A DNA stretch of 64,000 nucleotides, from positions 29,884,001 to 29,948,000 of the forward strand of contig CM060734.1 of the NCBI GenBank assembly GCA_030704615.1. Reading direction: 5' to 3'. The stretch is from Takakia lepidozioides (lineage: Eukaryota; Plantae; Bryophyta). This document shows positions 49,825 to 62,970 of this stretch, piece by piece. The translations under genes and the position numbers were made by a program. Below the pieces are notes generated by a model, which saw only the letters and a list, made by a program, of their open reading frames with translations, was not told the origin of the DNA and did no database searches. Positions within the stretch are counted from its first letter, which is position 1, and every line of letters starts with the position of its first letter.

Positions 49825-50080
49825 GTATTCAGCTGAGGTGAGGCCAGGGCGCTTTGGGATAATAATTACATTGTACAAGCAGCAGCTATTACTGCTTCAG
49901 AATCGCTTTATTCGTGCACTAGGTTCTGGTGCAGCATGTGACATTGAGTTCAATACTGTGGCTGGGTTTCAAGGACGTGAAGTCGACATTCTGATTTTGT
50001 CCACAGTCCGGACGACAAGGGCGAGAGAATAATAGGAATGGTGAAGTAAATCGTGGAAGCATTGGGTTTGTGGCTGATTA
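49825..50080 (+). pseudogene. Captured exon fragment of a SEN1/UPF1-family SF1 helicase (C-terminal AAA_12 region)
   Basis: After a ccag acceptor: YSAEVRPGRFGIIITLYKQQ...IEFNTVAGFQGREVDILILSTVR...GSIGFVAD; the rest of the gene is absent. Confidence 0.8.
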
Positions 50081-50332
50081 CATATCAAGTAAAGGTGGGG
50101 GCTCTCCCATTTGTTGTCATATTCATTGCAGATTTTCCTACTTGGTGTAAATTGGTGCAACAGAACCAAGAGTGTTGATATTCTTCTCACATTTGCTTTG
50201 GGTTGTTTTGCAGGCCATGTTTTCATACAACTGAATTGGACTGGGACAACCATTGGGAGAGAGAGTACACTTAAGCAAACTGCTGTCTGGTTTTCGATCT
50301 CTATATTGTGCTAACAGTTGTATCAGTTTTCA

Positions 50333-53300
50333 ATGGGGAACAAGAAGAACAAGTATAGGGTAAATGGAGAGGTAAGACCAGGCCCCCAAAAAAGGGCAAA
50401 ACTGGCTTTGTTGGCTGCAGCCAGGCCCACCGAGGATGTACGCAAACAAACCCACACTGACCAGAAAAGATTGTATAGGGAGAGACTTCAAGCCCAAAAA
50501 GAGGCAGAGATTAATGCGGCTACTACAACGTCTGGGCAAGATTCTGTGGAAGATGCCAGGGTGGGGTTTGGAGAACGAGACAAGAGGAGAATAGCTTTGA
50601 AAATGGCCGACTTCTGTTACAAGCAATTGAGGGAATGCCCAACACTTCATTCACAAACAAAGGTAATGGAGTTATTTTTGGGTCACCATCTCATTAAACT
50701 CAACTTACCTGCCTATTACTTGCCGCCTAAGGAGGCCAAGGCGCATGCAGATCTGTTGAAGAACCAGCAGAGCTCCATGCAACTTGTTAAGGGTGTGCAG
50801 TCTTTAGATAAGCTTGCGAGTAAACGCTCATTCTTAACAGCGTCTGTTAGTGGAACCCAGACCACTACTGTGAGGGCAACGGCTCGTATCCTTAATATTC
50901 ATCATAGCAATATTAGTCGTGCAATTGTACGACGAAGAGTCATTGATTCAGAAGGTGAGGGTTTGTGGGCTTTGGGTGGGAGAAAGAAAAGTTCTGATCA
51001 TGTACCAGATGCGACCCGAGCGATCGTTTTGGCTTGGTGGGTAAATGAGACACGGGTGTCACCCAACAAGAAAGATGTCGTGAGGCAGCGCGTATCGAGG
51101 AAAGTCTATGATACACAACCTGCTCACTATCTTCTTGAGACTCAGGTAAGTGAACCCTCTCTTTACAGTGTTTGTGTGGGCTCTCAGTACTTTACAATCC
51201 TTCTACACTTACTACTGTACATAACTGTATTGGACTATGTTGGAGTTTGTCAACTGCCATTGTGTTGTTTGGGTTGCCTCGTACATTTTCCCTAGACAAG
51301 GTACATCGTCACCTGTAAACCTACCAGTGGACTGAGATTACTGTACTCAATTGTGGACACTATGTCCAGCTCATGTCCTGAATTGGAGTGTCTTGAAGAT
51401 GTCCCTCTTGTTCATGGACTGGTACTCATTGTAAACAGGCCTGGGATGGACTAGAAGTACAACTCACTAGCATGCACTCATTATATTATGACTAGATAGG
51501 ACAAAATAGCATGCACTCCATGTAATTTGATTTGGAGGGACTAGAAGTCGATGTACATGTACTCCATTAGTACATGCACTCCTTGAAATGTGACTAGAAA
51601 AGGACAATGACTAGGACTAGGACCGATTTGGACATGCATTCCTTGATATGTGACTAGAAAGAAGTAGGACTAGGACTGATTAGGACATGCATTCATTGGT
51701 ATGTGACTAGGACTAGGACTAGGACTGGTTAGTACATGCATTCCTTGATATGTAACTAGAAAGGACTCACACTCGGACTGATTAGTACATGTACTACTTC
51801 ATATGTGACTAGGAAGGACTAGGTCTAGGACTACTAGGACTGATTAGTACTTGTACAATTTGACATGTGATGAGAAAGGACTATGACTAAGACTAGGTCT
51901 AGGACTGGTCTAGGTCTAGTAGTAGGTATTCTTAGTGCATGCACTAAATGGGATTCTCTTTGTGCATGTTGTGGTGGCAATGCAGACTGCTTTCTTTCTT
52001 CGCTTCAAATCAGCCCATCCCAATGTCAAAGTGGGTCAACGATTGTTTGAGTTGTTGAGGCCATTCTTTGTCAAACGCCTGAAGGATCGTAATGTTTGTT
52101 GCTGCAAATATCATGTGGAGATGGCGGAGTTGAAGGATGGGTTCAACAACATGCGGACTGCCGAGAGGGGTGTCCACTCTCCATCATCATGTACTTGTGA
52201 CTGTAATATTTGTCGACGTGGACCAGTATTAGATGGTGAAGCTGGTTGTCAAGCGAACAAGCACCCCTACAAAGGAGTGACTTGGCTTTGGCAAGAAATT
52301 GTTTGTCCCAAAGGGGAATTGGATGAATGGCATCGGCGAGACTGTCTCATGGGAGAGTGCTTGAGGTGTGGCTCAAGTAAGTTATCTATTTGTCCCGTGG
52401 AGGCAAATGGTTGTGATTTGACAGTGCAGTGGAGATGCTATGCAAAAGAGAATGTTGGGGAGAAAGATGGAGCCCCTAGAATGAGACTGAAACTCCAATA
52501 CCAAACGACTTCCTTTGTTGAATTCTTGTCGTACTTCAAACCCAAGCTATAGGCTTTTGTTCGTCATAACTTTGTAGCCCGATGGCAAGATGCTCAGTTT
52601 AAAGCCAGTTTGAAATCTTTGCCAGAGAATACAATATTGTCTGTTGTTGACTTTGCTGAAAACTACACTTTTACGGTTCAGAATGAAGTGCAAGAGATGC
52701 ACTGGCACAGTTTCCAGATCAGTATATTGGTGCACATTACCTACCGGTGGAATCCACACCCTGATGTGAATGATCCCGATTCCAAGGTTTTGAAAGAAAT
52801 GCACTTTTACATTTATGATGACAACAAGCATGACACGCTGTTCGTACAACATTGCTTTCGGTTTCATTGGAATTACCTTGCTGAAGCAGGGTTCAGACCT
52901 GAATCGCATTGGGTATGGAGTGACGGTTGTGCTGCTCAGTTTAAAGGTGCTCGTCCTTGGTATTTTGTTAGTAGGTACCCCCACATCACAGGGGGTTGCA
53001 CAATGTGGTGGAACTTTTTTGGATCAGGGCACGGGAAAGGTGAGCACGATGGGGCTGGTGCTGTGATCAAGAGGGCTTTACGAGCAGAGCAGTTAAACTC
53101 AAATGGTGTGAAGCTGCAAAATGCTGCTGAGGCAGTAGTTTTTTTGCGCAAGAACCTGTCCACCCGACCTCTCCTTCGTACTCTAAGATTAGAACAGCAG
53201 TGAAAAGACATTTTTGGCTTGTTGGTACAGAAGATGTTGACCGTACACAAGAGTGGGATTGCAAGACCGTACCTGGAACTCGGTCTTTACATTCCATTCT

Positions 53301-53904
53301 TGGGAGGAACAAGTCAGACCCAACCAAACTTATGGTTCGAGACTTAGCATGTTTTTGTCCGCATTGTTTGGATCTTGATTGGGACAACTGCATCAGTATT
53401 GCTCATGCACAAAAATGGAAGTTGCAAATCCTGCAACCTACAAATACAATTGCTGTCCGGAGGTAGATTGAAGAAGAAGGGGATGAAGAACAGGAGTTTG
53501 GGGGAGATGGGGAGGACTTGGTCTCCTGCTTGGATGCAGGGGACAATTTTGCCTGCAATGTTGAAGCTGGAAACTTAGAAGGGGTGGACTTCTACTTGCT
53601 CTGTTGTGAAAGGCCGGTTCACGTTGTTATGGAGACATTCACAGATGGGTGGGGAAGTACTTTTGACCCTGGCGAGCATGTGGTTGCAGGGAGATATTAC
53701 CAGTTGTGTGGAAGAAGAGATAAGGCTTACAAGTTCCTATCTGACCAGCCTTTGGCATTTCTGTATTTGCATTTGGTGAGGGCTATCAAATTTGCTATGC
53801 CTCCAGCAACATATCGAGTCAAAGGCAAGGATGCAGTCTTCACCTTGTCTGCGGATGCATTGGAAGGCATCAATGAAGCTCTGGGAGCAATGGAAGATCG
53901 CTAA
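50333..53904 (+). pseudogene. Sola2-like DDD transposase (exons 50333-51145 and 51986-53904); two TAG stops and a frameshift
   Basis: FELLRPFFVK..DRNVCCCKYH, CLMGECLRC, VVDFAENY..QNEVQEMHW, VWSDGCAAQFK, FGSGHGKGEHDGAGAVIKR, VPGTRSLH, ACFCPHC; GT-AG intron 51146-51985. Confidence 0.8.
51400..51925. repeat. GACTAG / catgcattcc degenerate tandem repeat within the Sola transposase intron
   Basis: Repeated ggactaggactag and tacatgcattccttgatatgtgactag. Confidence 0.75.
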
Positions 53905-55889
53905 GATGGCATGTTGCAGGCCAATCCATGGTTGACGGGCAACTTCCCTTATCGGGATGGGGTCCAATTCTCCCTTGGGTTATGTAACTCAAATATGTAG
54001 CAATGTGAACTACAAGTTGCTTGTGAGCTGAGAGATTGTTTTCGGAATTTGTATGTATGTAGCTTTGTTATTTGGCCGCAGATTATAATTCATAATCTAT
54101 AATCTATAAATGATCTTGCAAGCTATGGCTGAAGAGGCTGTGGCTGTGGCCAAATTTGTTACTGTTCAATTGAATGTGCCTGGTGACTAGAATTCCCGCA
54201 CTAGTGCTGTGGTGTATCACTTCACAAGGCGGGGAATTTCAATTTAATGTGTTTGGTTTTCTTTCTGTGATTGGTTTCTTGTTATTTGGAGTGTGTCTGC
54301 CTTCCTCTCTGATCACACAATCTATTGTCCTCCCCCTTCTCATACCAACTGGTTGGCAAAGGTGCCTGGCTACGAAGATATGGCAAAACCTCATCATAAA
54401 CCCTACAACTTGTCATACTTCCTGGTCCTTTCAAAGTTCCACACCCTCGTTTTGGATAAGAAAGTGGAGAAGATCATAGCTGTAAAAATAAGGCACATGT
54501 TCCTCAAGGCACATGATCCGCAACACGCTGAAGCTGGGCGCCATTCTAGTCTGAGTTGCTAACAGCCTTCCAAACACAGTGGGACAATCAAGTGGAACAG
54601 CAGCAGACCTGCTATCATACCGTCTTGATTCCCTCTTCAAAGTTAAGCCATCCTTGCATATTGAACTGCATGCATTAAATCATACACACAAGTAATTTTT
54701 GGGCTTGGATGAAGTTGAGAGATACTATCAAACTCTCTGAAGAATTAGGCAGGCAGCACTACAAATCACATTTATGTGCTCAATCGAGCGAAGGTAGATT
54801 GCTTAGAGCTGCCATTACTGAGGTATATTCTGTTTTAGTGAGTTGATTAGTGTCCTGACTTGGGGTACAGAACCAGCTTGTCTCCTGTAGAGAGGGGAAT
54901 GATGGGAATGTTGTCTGTTGGCCAGGCTTCGGTCCGCCATACCAGGGATCTTCACCAAGGAGCTAGACTAATTACCATTGAGAGATGGGGACTTGTATTG
55001 TTGGTGTCCGATTTCAGTTTTGTAAATGAACTATCAGAGTCAAGCAAAGGAGGATAGAGGTACGCAACCGGATGTAGCCATGCCATCCACCAGTTAGTCA
55101 AATTTCAGGCGCAGACTCTGTTAAACCCACGCATGTTGGAGAATTGTAGCACATGCAGGAAAAGCAACGGGCCTTTCAAAGCCATCTTTCTCACATAGAA
55201 TGAATGACAGTAGACTGCCTGCACGAAGGTATTCTAGCAATTCCTATCAGAAACAGATAGCAAAATAGAGTGCATTGTTTTCAAAAACCACTGTCATGAT
55301 ATTGCTGCCTTACTCAAACATGTACAGCATACCTATCAGCTGAAAATGAACAAAGAACAGTAATGTGCATGCCCTCAATCCATGTCATGTGTCCATTGTG
55401 AGCTACTTGAGAAACCACAAGGGCAAATCCACATCACATGACTTGGCTGGGCACCTAATGGTAACAACTAACACATCCTCTGCCAGTTCTAAACTGCTCA
55501 ACATTGACATATTGTGGCACCAACCTCTACCCCATCGATGAAAGACTAGCCTTTGCTTGGTGCCTGCCTCCCAAAGTGGCCATGTCATAAATGAACAAGT
55601 ACTGATGAAGAGACGAGACCTGTCCCCACAATGAAGCAGCGAGTGGTAAAGTCCTCATAGGGGCGGTATGCTAATCACATGCCCTGCATTGCCACCCACA
55701 ATGCTCAAGATCTTACTATACTTCTGTCTCATAATTCAGCACTAGACGTATACCAGATGTATGTCCTATATATCATGCATAGAGGAGTTAAATTGCATAA
55801 AAAACTTGAGCATGAATTGGCAAAATAACAACCAAGAGTTATTCTAACATTAGTGATAAAAGCATAAGTGTACAGTACTCAGCTTGTAC

Positions 55890-57214
55890 CTAGTTGATAT
55901 GTTTTCTTTTCTTCTTCTTAGGGCCTGCACCAGAAGAACTTGCATCCATCTTCAAGTTAGGTGGGGTCTTGACAATATTAAGGGACTTGACAACAGGCCC
56001 CCGAGTGGTCAAGTTGGGAGGAGTCTTCACGGTGTTCAGTGACTTCACAACAGGGCCCCGAGCGGCCTTCACAACACCGTCCCGTGGGATTGAGTTACTC
56101 TTGTCATGGTGGCTCAGATCGTTGTCTTCATTCGTATCCAAGGGCTTGTGCACGACAACTCTCTTTGATGAGGGGGTACTTTCACCTGGGCACTTGTCCA
56201 TATCCTTGTCAATTGATACCTTAGAATCCGCCCTAGTGGTGGGCTTCTTTGCATACTCTGCACTCAATGCCTTGCGAGATCTCTTTCGTTCTTGTTTACG
56301 CTTCCCTGTTGCCTGAACATGTGGACTAACAAGGGCTGCAGCTGGGGGGTTCAACACTGGTCCAAGAACAGGAGGGGTTGTCGCTAAGGCATGAGGTACA
56401 TATACTACCATAGGTAATGGAGAACCACCATCCAATTGAGCTGGAACTGTGGGAATGGATATTGGCGGAGCAACAAGGGAGGTAGCAACTGGTGGAGTGA
56501 CATGAAATATAGGATCTGAAACTTGTGAGGGGCCTCCACCTATGGTACTGTGCAACACAACTGTATCAGAATCAGACTGGGAGTCGGCCCCAACATCAGT
56601 TTCAAATCCCTGTGACCCCAATTCTGAGTCTGATGAGAGGGTTGCCACATGTCCAGTATTTTGGGCACCATCTCTTTCAACCTTCACATCCACATAAGGA
56701 GGAACAACAGTGGATGGGATTGTCAAGTCCACAACATCTTCATGTGTACTTTGTAGCGTATGTGTCGTGACAATCTCTGGACAAATGCAGCCTGCAGTGG
56801 AGATCCAGGCATCTTTTTTGGTGGAGAACCAGGAATGAGGAACTTCTTGACATAACCCTTTCCTGAAGCTGAAACCTCTTGCATGATGGTATCAGGTGTG
56901 ACATCAACCTCAGGGTTCAACGGATCACCAACAATTGGTGCAACGATCCCCGGCCGCGACAGCCCCAAAGGTGACATTTGAAGAGTTGACGAGCTTGGAG
57001 TTCGAGGGAAGTTTTGGTTCACAGCACTACCACCATGTCCACTTTGGCCTCCACTGTAGTTGGTGGTGAATTCGCTATAGTTGGTGGTGGCCTGAGATGG
57101 AGGTCCTGGTCTTCGTTTGTTGGCATCAATGAAGCCATCATCTGCTATCACACCTACACCATTACAACTGGTTTGAGAAGGCTGAATTATCACTTGGTGC
57201 CTACTGTCTACCAA
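55890..57214 (-). pseudogene. Low-complexity Pro/Ser-rich coding remnant with a basic NLS-like end; probably part of a degenerate spliced gene
   Basis: Overlapping ORFs of 163 aa and 280 aa; internal 60-nt duplication (RGPVVKSLN.VKTPPNL twice); ends PKKKKRKH. Confidence 0.35.
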
Positions 57215-57339
57215 TACAACATTAACTGTAATTTGAGTCCAGACAAGTCATTGTAGTCCTTACCATTGGCCGAAGTCCCAACAGTTGGACTACAATAATT
57301 ATGTGGGGAGTGCACAGTCCATCATAATGGACTTTTTGT

Positions 57340-58200
57340 CCCCCATATTAGACTTCCAAGTTCTATGCAGCTGATGGTGGGACTACAAGCAAGATTCACA
57401 CTCCCTAATTAGGACTCACACTCCATCTGGGCCATGACTCAGATTCCAAGTTGAGAAGCAAGCTCCTCAATAAGGACTCGCATTCCACATCCATTATTTT
57501 GCAGTTGGACTCACACTCCACATGATTAAGCACATGGACTGACCCTCCACAGGACTCTGATTCCAAACTGGAAATCAGTGGAAATCATCAAGGACTCATA
57601 CTCCCAGTAATTAGTCAGCAAGTGGACTCACACTCCCCATGACTAAACACATCGACTCATACTCCACATGAGTCAGCACTTGGACTCACACTCCACATGA
57701 CTGAAGACTCAGAATTCTAGTTAAGAATGACACTCCTCAATATCACCATATGTGAACCCTAATGTGAGACTATACCTCTGTTAGTATACCAAACAGGAGC
57801 TTGTCCATTTTACTATACCTCTATTGAGGTATCACCATATGTGGACCCTAATCAGCTCAGACTATACCTCTGTTAGTATACCAAACAGAACCCTCATTTT
57901 CAGACTATACCTCTATAAAGGTGTCATCAACATAAGGGACCCTAGCAACCTCAGACTATACCTCTGTTAAGGTATCAACATTGAAAGGACTTAGTGAAAT
58001 TTAAGGGCCTTTAGAGGATTGTTTGGAAGATATTTGAGGGCCCTTGGAGGAGTGTTTGGAAGATCTTTGGGGTCATTGGAGGATTGTTTGTAGGATCTTT
58101 GGGGTCCTTGGAGGAGTATTGGAGGACCATTCGAGGAGCTTTGGTGGACAATGTTGAAGAGCTCTTGAAGGATTGATTGAGGGATATTTGAAAGATACTT
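57340..58200. repeat. Three abutting degenerate tandem-repeat blocks
   Basis: ggactcacactccacatga (57340-57720); agactatacctctgttag (57740-57980); ttggagga-rich (57990-58200). Confidence 0.7.
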
Positions 58201-58549
58201 GCCACGGCCATACAAGCAAGTGGATAGAGACAGGAGGGAGAGTGGTGGGATGAGATTATTCTGGGGCCTCTTGATCTATCGATTTTAGATGCTAGGACTT
58301 GTGTGATTGAAGACCAAGCAATGATCTTATTGAGATGGATACTTGTCGGCTATCCGGTGTTAGAGGGACCTAATCACTAGCTAGGGGGGTGATTGTGGCA
58401 TAGCTTTCTAGGATTGTATGCTTAAAATGTGTGGTGGACAACGATGTATGTTGTGGCACGATGCTTAGGTGCACAACAGCTGTCATGGTTTTAGTCATGG
58501 TTAACTAGAATTACCTACTTCTAGTTAATTAGGACATTTTGGATATTTT

Positions 58550-59304
58550 TTACCTTACTGTTTATATTTAAGTATCAGATTGCTTCAGCAATCTACCAGG
58601 TTCCAATCATTCATCCATACATTCCACAGCTTCACTCAGATCTCTCTATACAGTGTGAGTATGGAATGTGTATCAGATTAAGATCTATCAAGTATCAGGC
58701 CGAAACCATAGTGTCCCTAGTCTGCTCTACAGTATAACTCTACAATTTGCATGGATCAAGCATCAGCAGTTCGTGTCTCCTCCTTCTATGCGCTCTCCAT
58801 TCCTCAGCTCCCGATCGCCCTCTCTTCCTGAAGGCCAAGTCCTGATGCAAGAAGTCCTCTCCCCATTGCTACTCTGCCTTTTCTACCTGCAAGCTGTTCT
58901 AACTACCTAACTAACTAACTGTCATCCAGATAGAATACACGTTTCCGCTGCCGATGTCGTTCCCACACAGTCGTTCCTTGCCTTGGTAACCGTTCCCTAC
59001 AAATGCCGCGACGGGCTGTGCCCAACTGTGTCGGCTGTGACTGGCTGTGTTGAGCTGTGTCGGGCTGTGTCAGGCTGTGATAGATTGTGATAGGCTGTGT
59101 AAGGCTGTGTCAGACTATGACAAGCTGTATAAGGTTGTGTCAGACTGTAACTAGCTATATCAAGCTATGACTGACTGTGTAAGCCTGTCTACCACCCCTA
59201 AGGCCCGTGTTGGTCTAAGTCTACCATCCATAAGTCTGTGCAAAAATTAAGGGTACCCCACAGAACCCGTAAAAACTGTCTAAGTCCCAGACAGCCCTCT
59301 AACA
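58550..59304 (-). repeat. 3' LTR of copy E (distal boundary approximate)
   Basis: Begins TGTTAGAGGG on minus directly after the PPT. Confidence 0.85.
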
Positions 59305-59307
59305 GTA

Positions 59308-59321
59308 CCCCTCCCCCTCTC
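59308..59321 (-). other. Polypurine tract
   Basis: Minus strand reads gagagggggagggg-tac-TGTTAGAG. Confidence 0.9.
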
Positions 59322-59342
59322 AAAAAGCCGTGTCCTCACGGT

Positions 59343-62300
59343 TTACTGTTTAGGATCAGCAAACCTTTGTGAACGAGCACCCTTCTGTCGGTGAGAGTCC
59401 CTTGGAGGGCTCTGTGTGCGAGCCCGAGCCCTGTCACTGGCTGGTGGAGGTGACTGGTCATCAAATGGAAATGTCTGTCCCTCCTTTGGTTGATAAGGAC
59501 GTAGCTTCTCAGGCATAGGAAATCCCCGTCGTTTCTTCTCTGCCATCTGTAGTGCATAGTCCTCCGCCATGTCAAAAGATTCCTCCATAGAACCAGTTGT
59601 ATCCGAATCATCGTCCCCCCTGTTGCCTTTCGGTGCTCTGATCTTATGGAGCTTCTTGGGAATCATGCGTGGCACACGGTATTTGCCCACCATGTCTGGA
59701 AGCTTAATTCATGTCCCTTATAAAAAATATCGTCAAAGCCAAAATTTTCCTTGGCCAAACTGGAACCAAGAACGAAGTTGGGGATCCTTCTGCAACATGA
59801 TCTTCACATCATACAGATACGTATGGGGTGGAACTGAAGGTAAGACCCAATGATCCCCAATGGAATAACTCAGAAATCTCAAGTGCATCTTCTGCTGCTC
59901 AATGTGATAACGTGCAATGAAACAAACAACATAGTATAATCCACAGCCCATGACCAAACTAGGTACCTCCTTGGTCTTTGTGTAGATGTACCCATGAACA
60001 ATCTGGAAGGCAATTAATTCCTTCAGCATGGTGCCTGCCTCAGACCAGTACCTTGCAAAATGGTGATCCTCAATGGGTCGGTTGTTCGGAAGAACCTTAG
60101 TCCGAGTTGCCACTGGCAACCAAATGCGCATGATCTGGTAATAGTATGCCAAAGACTCTGGAGGACTGAATTCCTTGCAAGCCAAATCCATCACAATGGG
60201 AATTTGGTTGAAGGGCATAATCATAGCCCGATTGTACTCAAGTGCAGTAGGAGTCTTAGGTGGGTTAAAAGCAGCATCCCCCCAAACCTCAGATTGCTGC
60301 AGGGCCATGGTATCAACAGTGTCGACCTGCTGTGGTTGTTGTGATATGGCCGCCACTGTCCCTCCTATTGTTGGCAAGTCCTGCATCTCCTGTGATGAAG
60401 ATTGGAAAATCAGAGTCCTCACATGCAAATAAGTAGCCACCAGCTGTTTCTCAGGAACAAAGACTATTTTGTCAATGTTGGAACTCAAGTCATCCACTTG
60501 AGTCTGCAGCCCTTCCACATCATCCTGCAACTCAGCTATTCCTACTATAGACATTGTCTATAGTGGTTGTGGCAATGTTCTGCACCTGCAGCCTGAGATC
60601 ATTCATCTCCTCCTATGTGAGCTTCCTTGGTGCCTTCCCTTCTACCGGCCCTTGTGTTAACCACACTTGCATAAGATGATTATCCACTAAGTCCTGTGTA
60701 GCACCCCTGAGAGCCTGCTCCTCCTTGAGTCTGTACATATCTAACTGTTGTTGTAAAGCCTCCATGCGCTTCGCATGAGGTTCAACCAGGGCTGCATAGG
60801 CAGCAGTCAGATTATTGGCTTCCTTCCAAGCCTTGGTAGTCACAGAAAGCTCATTTTTTTCGTGATGTGAGTGTTTGCTACAACTCAAGGATGTACCTGT
60901 CATTCTCAGCCTCAATCTGACTGTACTGTTGGAAGGTATCCTCATTGTGACGGATAATAGCCTTCAAGTCAGCAATGAGTTTCCCTTGCTCCACTATCTC
61001 AGCCTCCACCATCATACATCTCTCTGCTTGTTTGTTAACTTCTAATGCAGTTTGCTCCAGAGCAGTTGTTAGTGAGGCACATTGGATGGTCATTCTTTGA
61101 TGAACTGCCTCCAACTCTGTATGAAGCAACTTCACTTCCTGCAGTTTGCCCTCATACCTCACTTGCAACTGGTATAACTGCTGCTTGTGCACTTCATGCA
61201 ACTTCTCTTGCTCCAGACCTGCTTCAATCAGGTTTCCCTTTGCAAGCTATAGGACAGACTGAGCGTCCTCCAACTCTTTCTGCAACTTATGGTTGGCCTC
61301 CACATCCACCTTATTTGCACACTCAGTGACAATTCTTGCCTCAAACTCTTGCTTGAGCTCCTTCCTCAATGCTGCCAGTTGTGTGGAAGGAACATGGGAT
61401 TTCACATAAGTGCCCAACAGGTTGAGAGTCCTACTTATGGAACTCATAAGCATGGCTTACTGTGGGTCTTCATAGAGAACTTGCTGCTGTTCTCCCTGAT
61501 CCTCCACAGTTTGATGTTTCACAAACCAGTCAGGCCAGGATCCTACAAGATCTTCTCCCTAAGCAACTTGATCCTCCACAGGTGCTGTAGTGCCTTTGCA
61601 CTCTACCCCTTAAATCTCCTCCACAGGTTTGGGCATGACTGGCACAGCAAGAATTTCTTTGGTCAGACCCTGTATCTTTGGTGCTACTGGTTCTCCAACC
61701 ATGCCAGAGTTTTCATAGAGAAGGTCACCCTTCTCAATTTCTGCCACTACCTGCTCTGTAGTGGGGATGTCCAACCCTTCTCCTTCCATAGCAATAGGCT
61801 CTGGTGTAATAGATGTACTATCCGAGTTACCTCTGGGGCAACTGAGTCAACTGGCTGTGATGGCTGTGGTACTGAGGTGACTTCTTCCTCCCTCTCCAAA
61901 GGCCATGCTTCTAGCAATAACAGCGTCTGGGATGAAGAGAATTAGGGGAATGGAGGATATCAGGGTGAAGAGCACCACGATTCTACAGAAACAGACAATT
62001 GCTACACCACAGGCAGTGCAGCTGCTGAATGAGTTGCGATTGGAAGGGCTGCTACGCAAAGAATGGTCCTTGCATCATCGAGGGTTCATGATTCAATTCA
62101 TTCAGAACTTTGAGCCTCGGACAGGAGTTACACAGGTGAGGGGAGTAGATATAGAGATTACTCCCCAGTACTTGCAGCAACTGTTTGAATTGCCATCGGG
62201 CCAGGTGAATGTGGATGAGCACAGGGCAAGATTGCAAATATGGGACTTGTTCCAAGAAACGAGTTTCTTTAAGATTTAGGGATACACCTACACCAAGGCC

Positions 62301-62970
62301 GAGTACCCAGGGTTAAGAGAAGTTGGTCAAATACTGAACGTTCTGTTTGCCATGAAACAAAATCAACAGTACCTTAGTAGATCTTTCACGGAGGAGGTAC
62401 TGAAAGCCTTGAGGGGAGAGGATGTGGCTTGGGCGGAGTTGATGCACAATGGTATGGTGGAGGAGATGAAGCAGTTACAAAATACTACTGCTAAGTCCCC
62501 AATCATTGTCTCTGGCCCAATAATTGCACAAATTATCCTTGACTCTTGTTTGCTTGATGCGCGAGAACGCAAGGAGATGGGAGTGTTTGAGACAGTCACA
62601 ACTGCAATTGAGGAGCATGGCTCTTCACAAGGTGAAGGGGGATTGGAGGGGCAGCACCAGTCCAAGAGACAGAAGTGGGATGTGATGGTAGTGGCAGATC
62701 CACTAGCTACAAGGAAACCACCAGATGATGTTTCTATAGCTCTTGTGCAGGATGGGGAACAACAGCAGAAGGCCTTGTTTGGAATAGCTGTAGGAAAGCT
62801 TGCAGGGCGTAAAGCATGAAAGTATGGTTGGCACAGAAAGGAACGGGTAAGTGAGTGTAAGCCTGTGGGGCTTGCAAATAGTGAGTGAGAGAGAATGTCC
62901 TTACAACCCGTCCATCCTTGCGCCACTGCATAAGAAGTAAAGCTAGCGTATAGTCTGTGATACCCGCCAT
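59343..62970 (-). pseudogene. Full-length 3' ORF of copy E (~1200 codons), with ~61923-62766 inverted
   Basis: Starts MAGITDYTLALLL; the middle reads on plus (MKRIRGMEDIRVKS...); the C-terminus continues to 59343. Confidence 0.85.
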
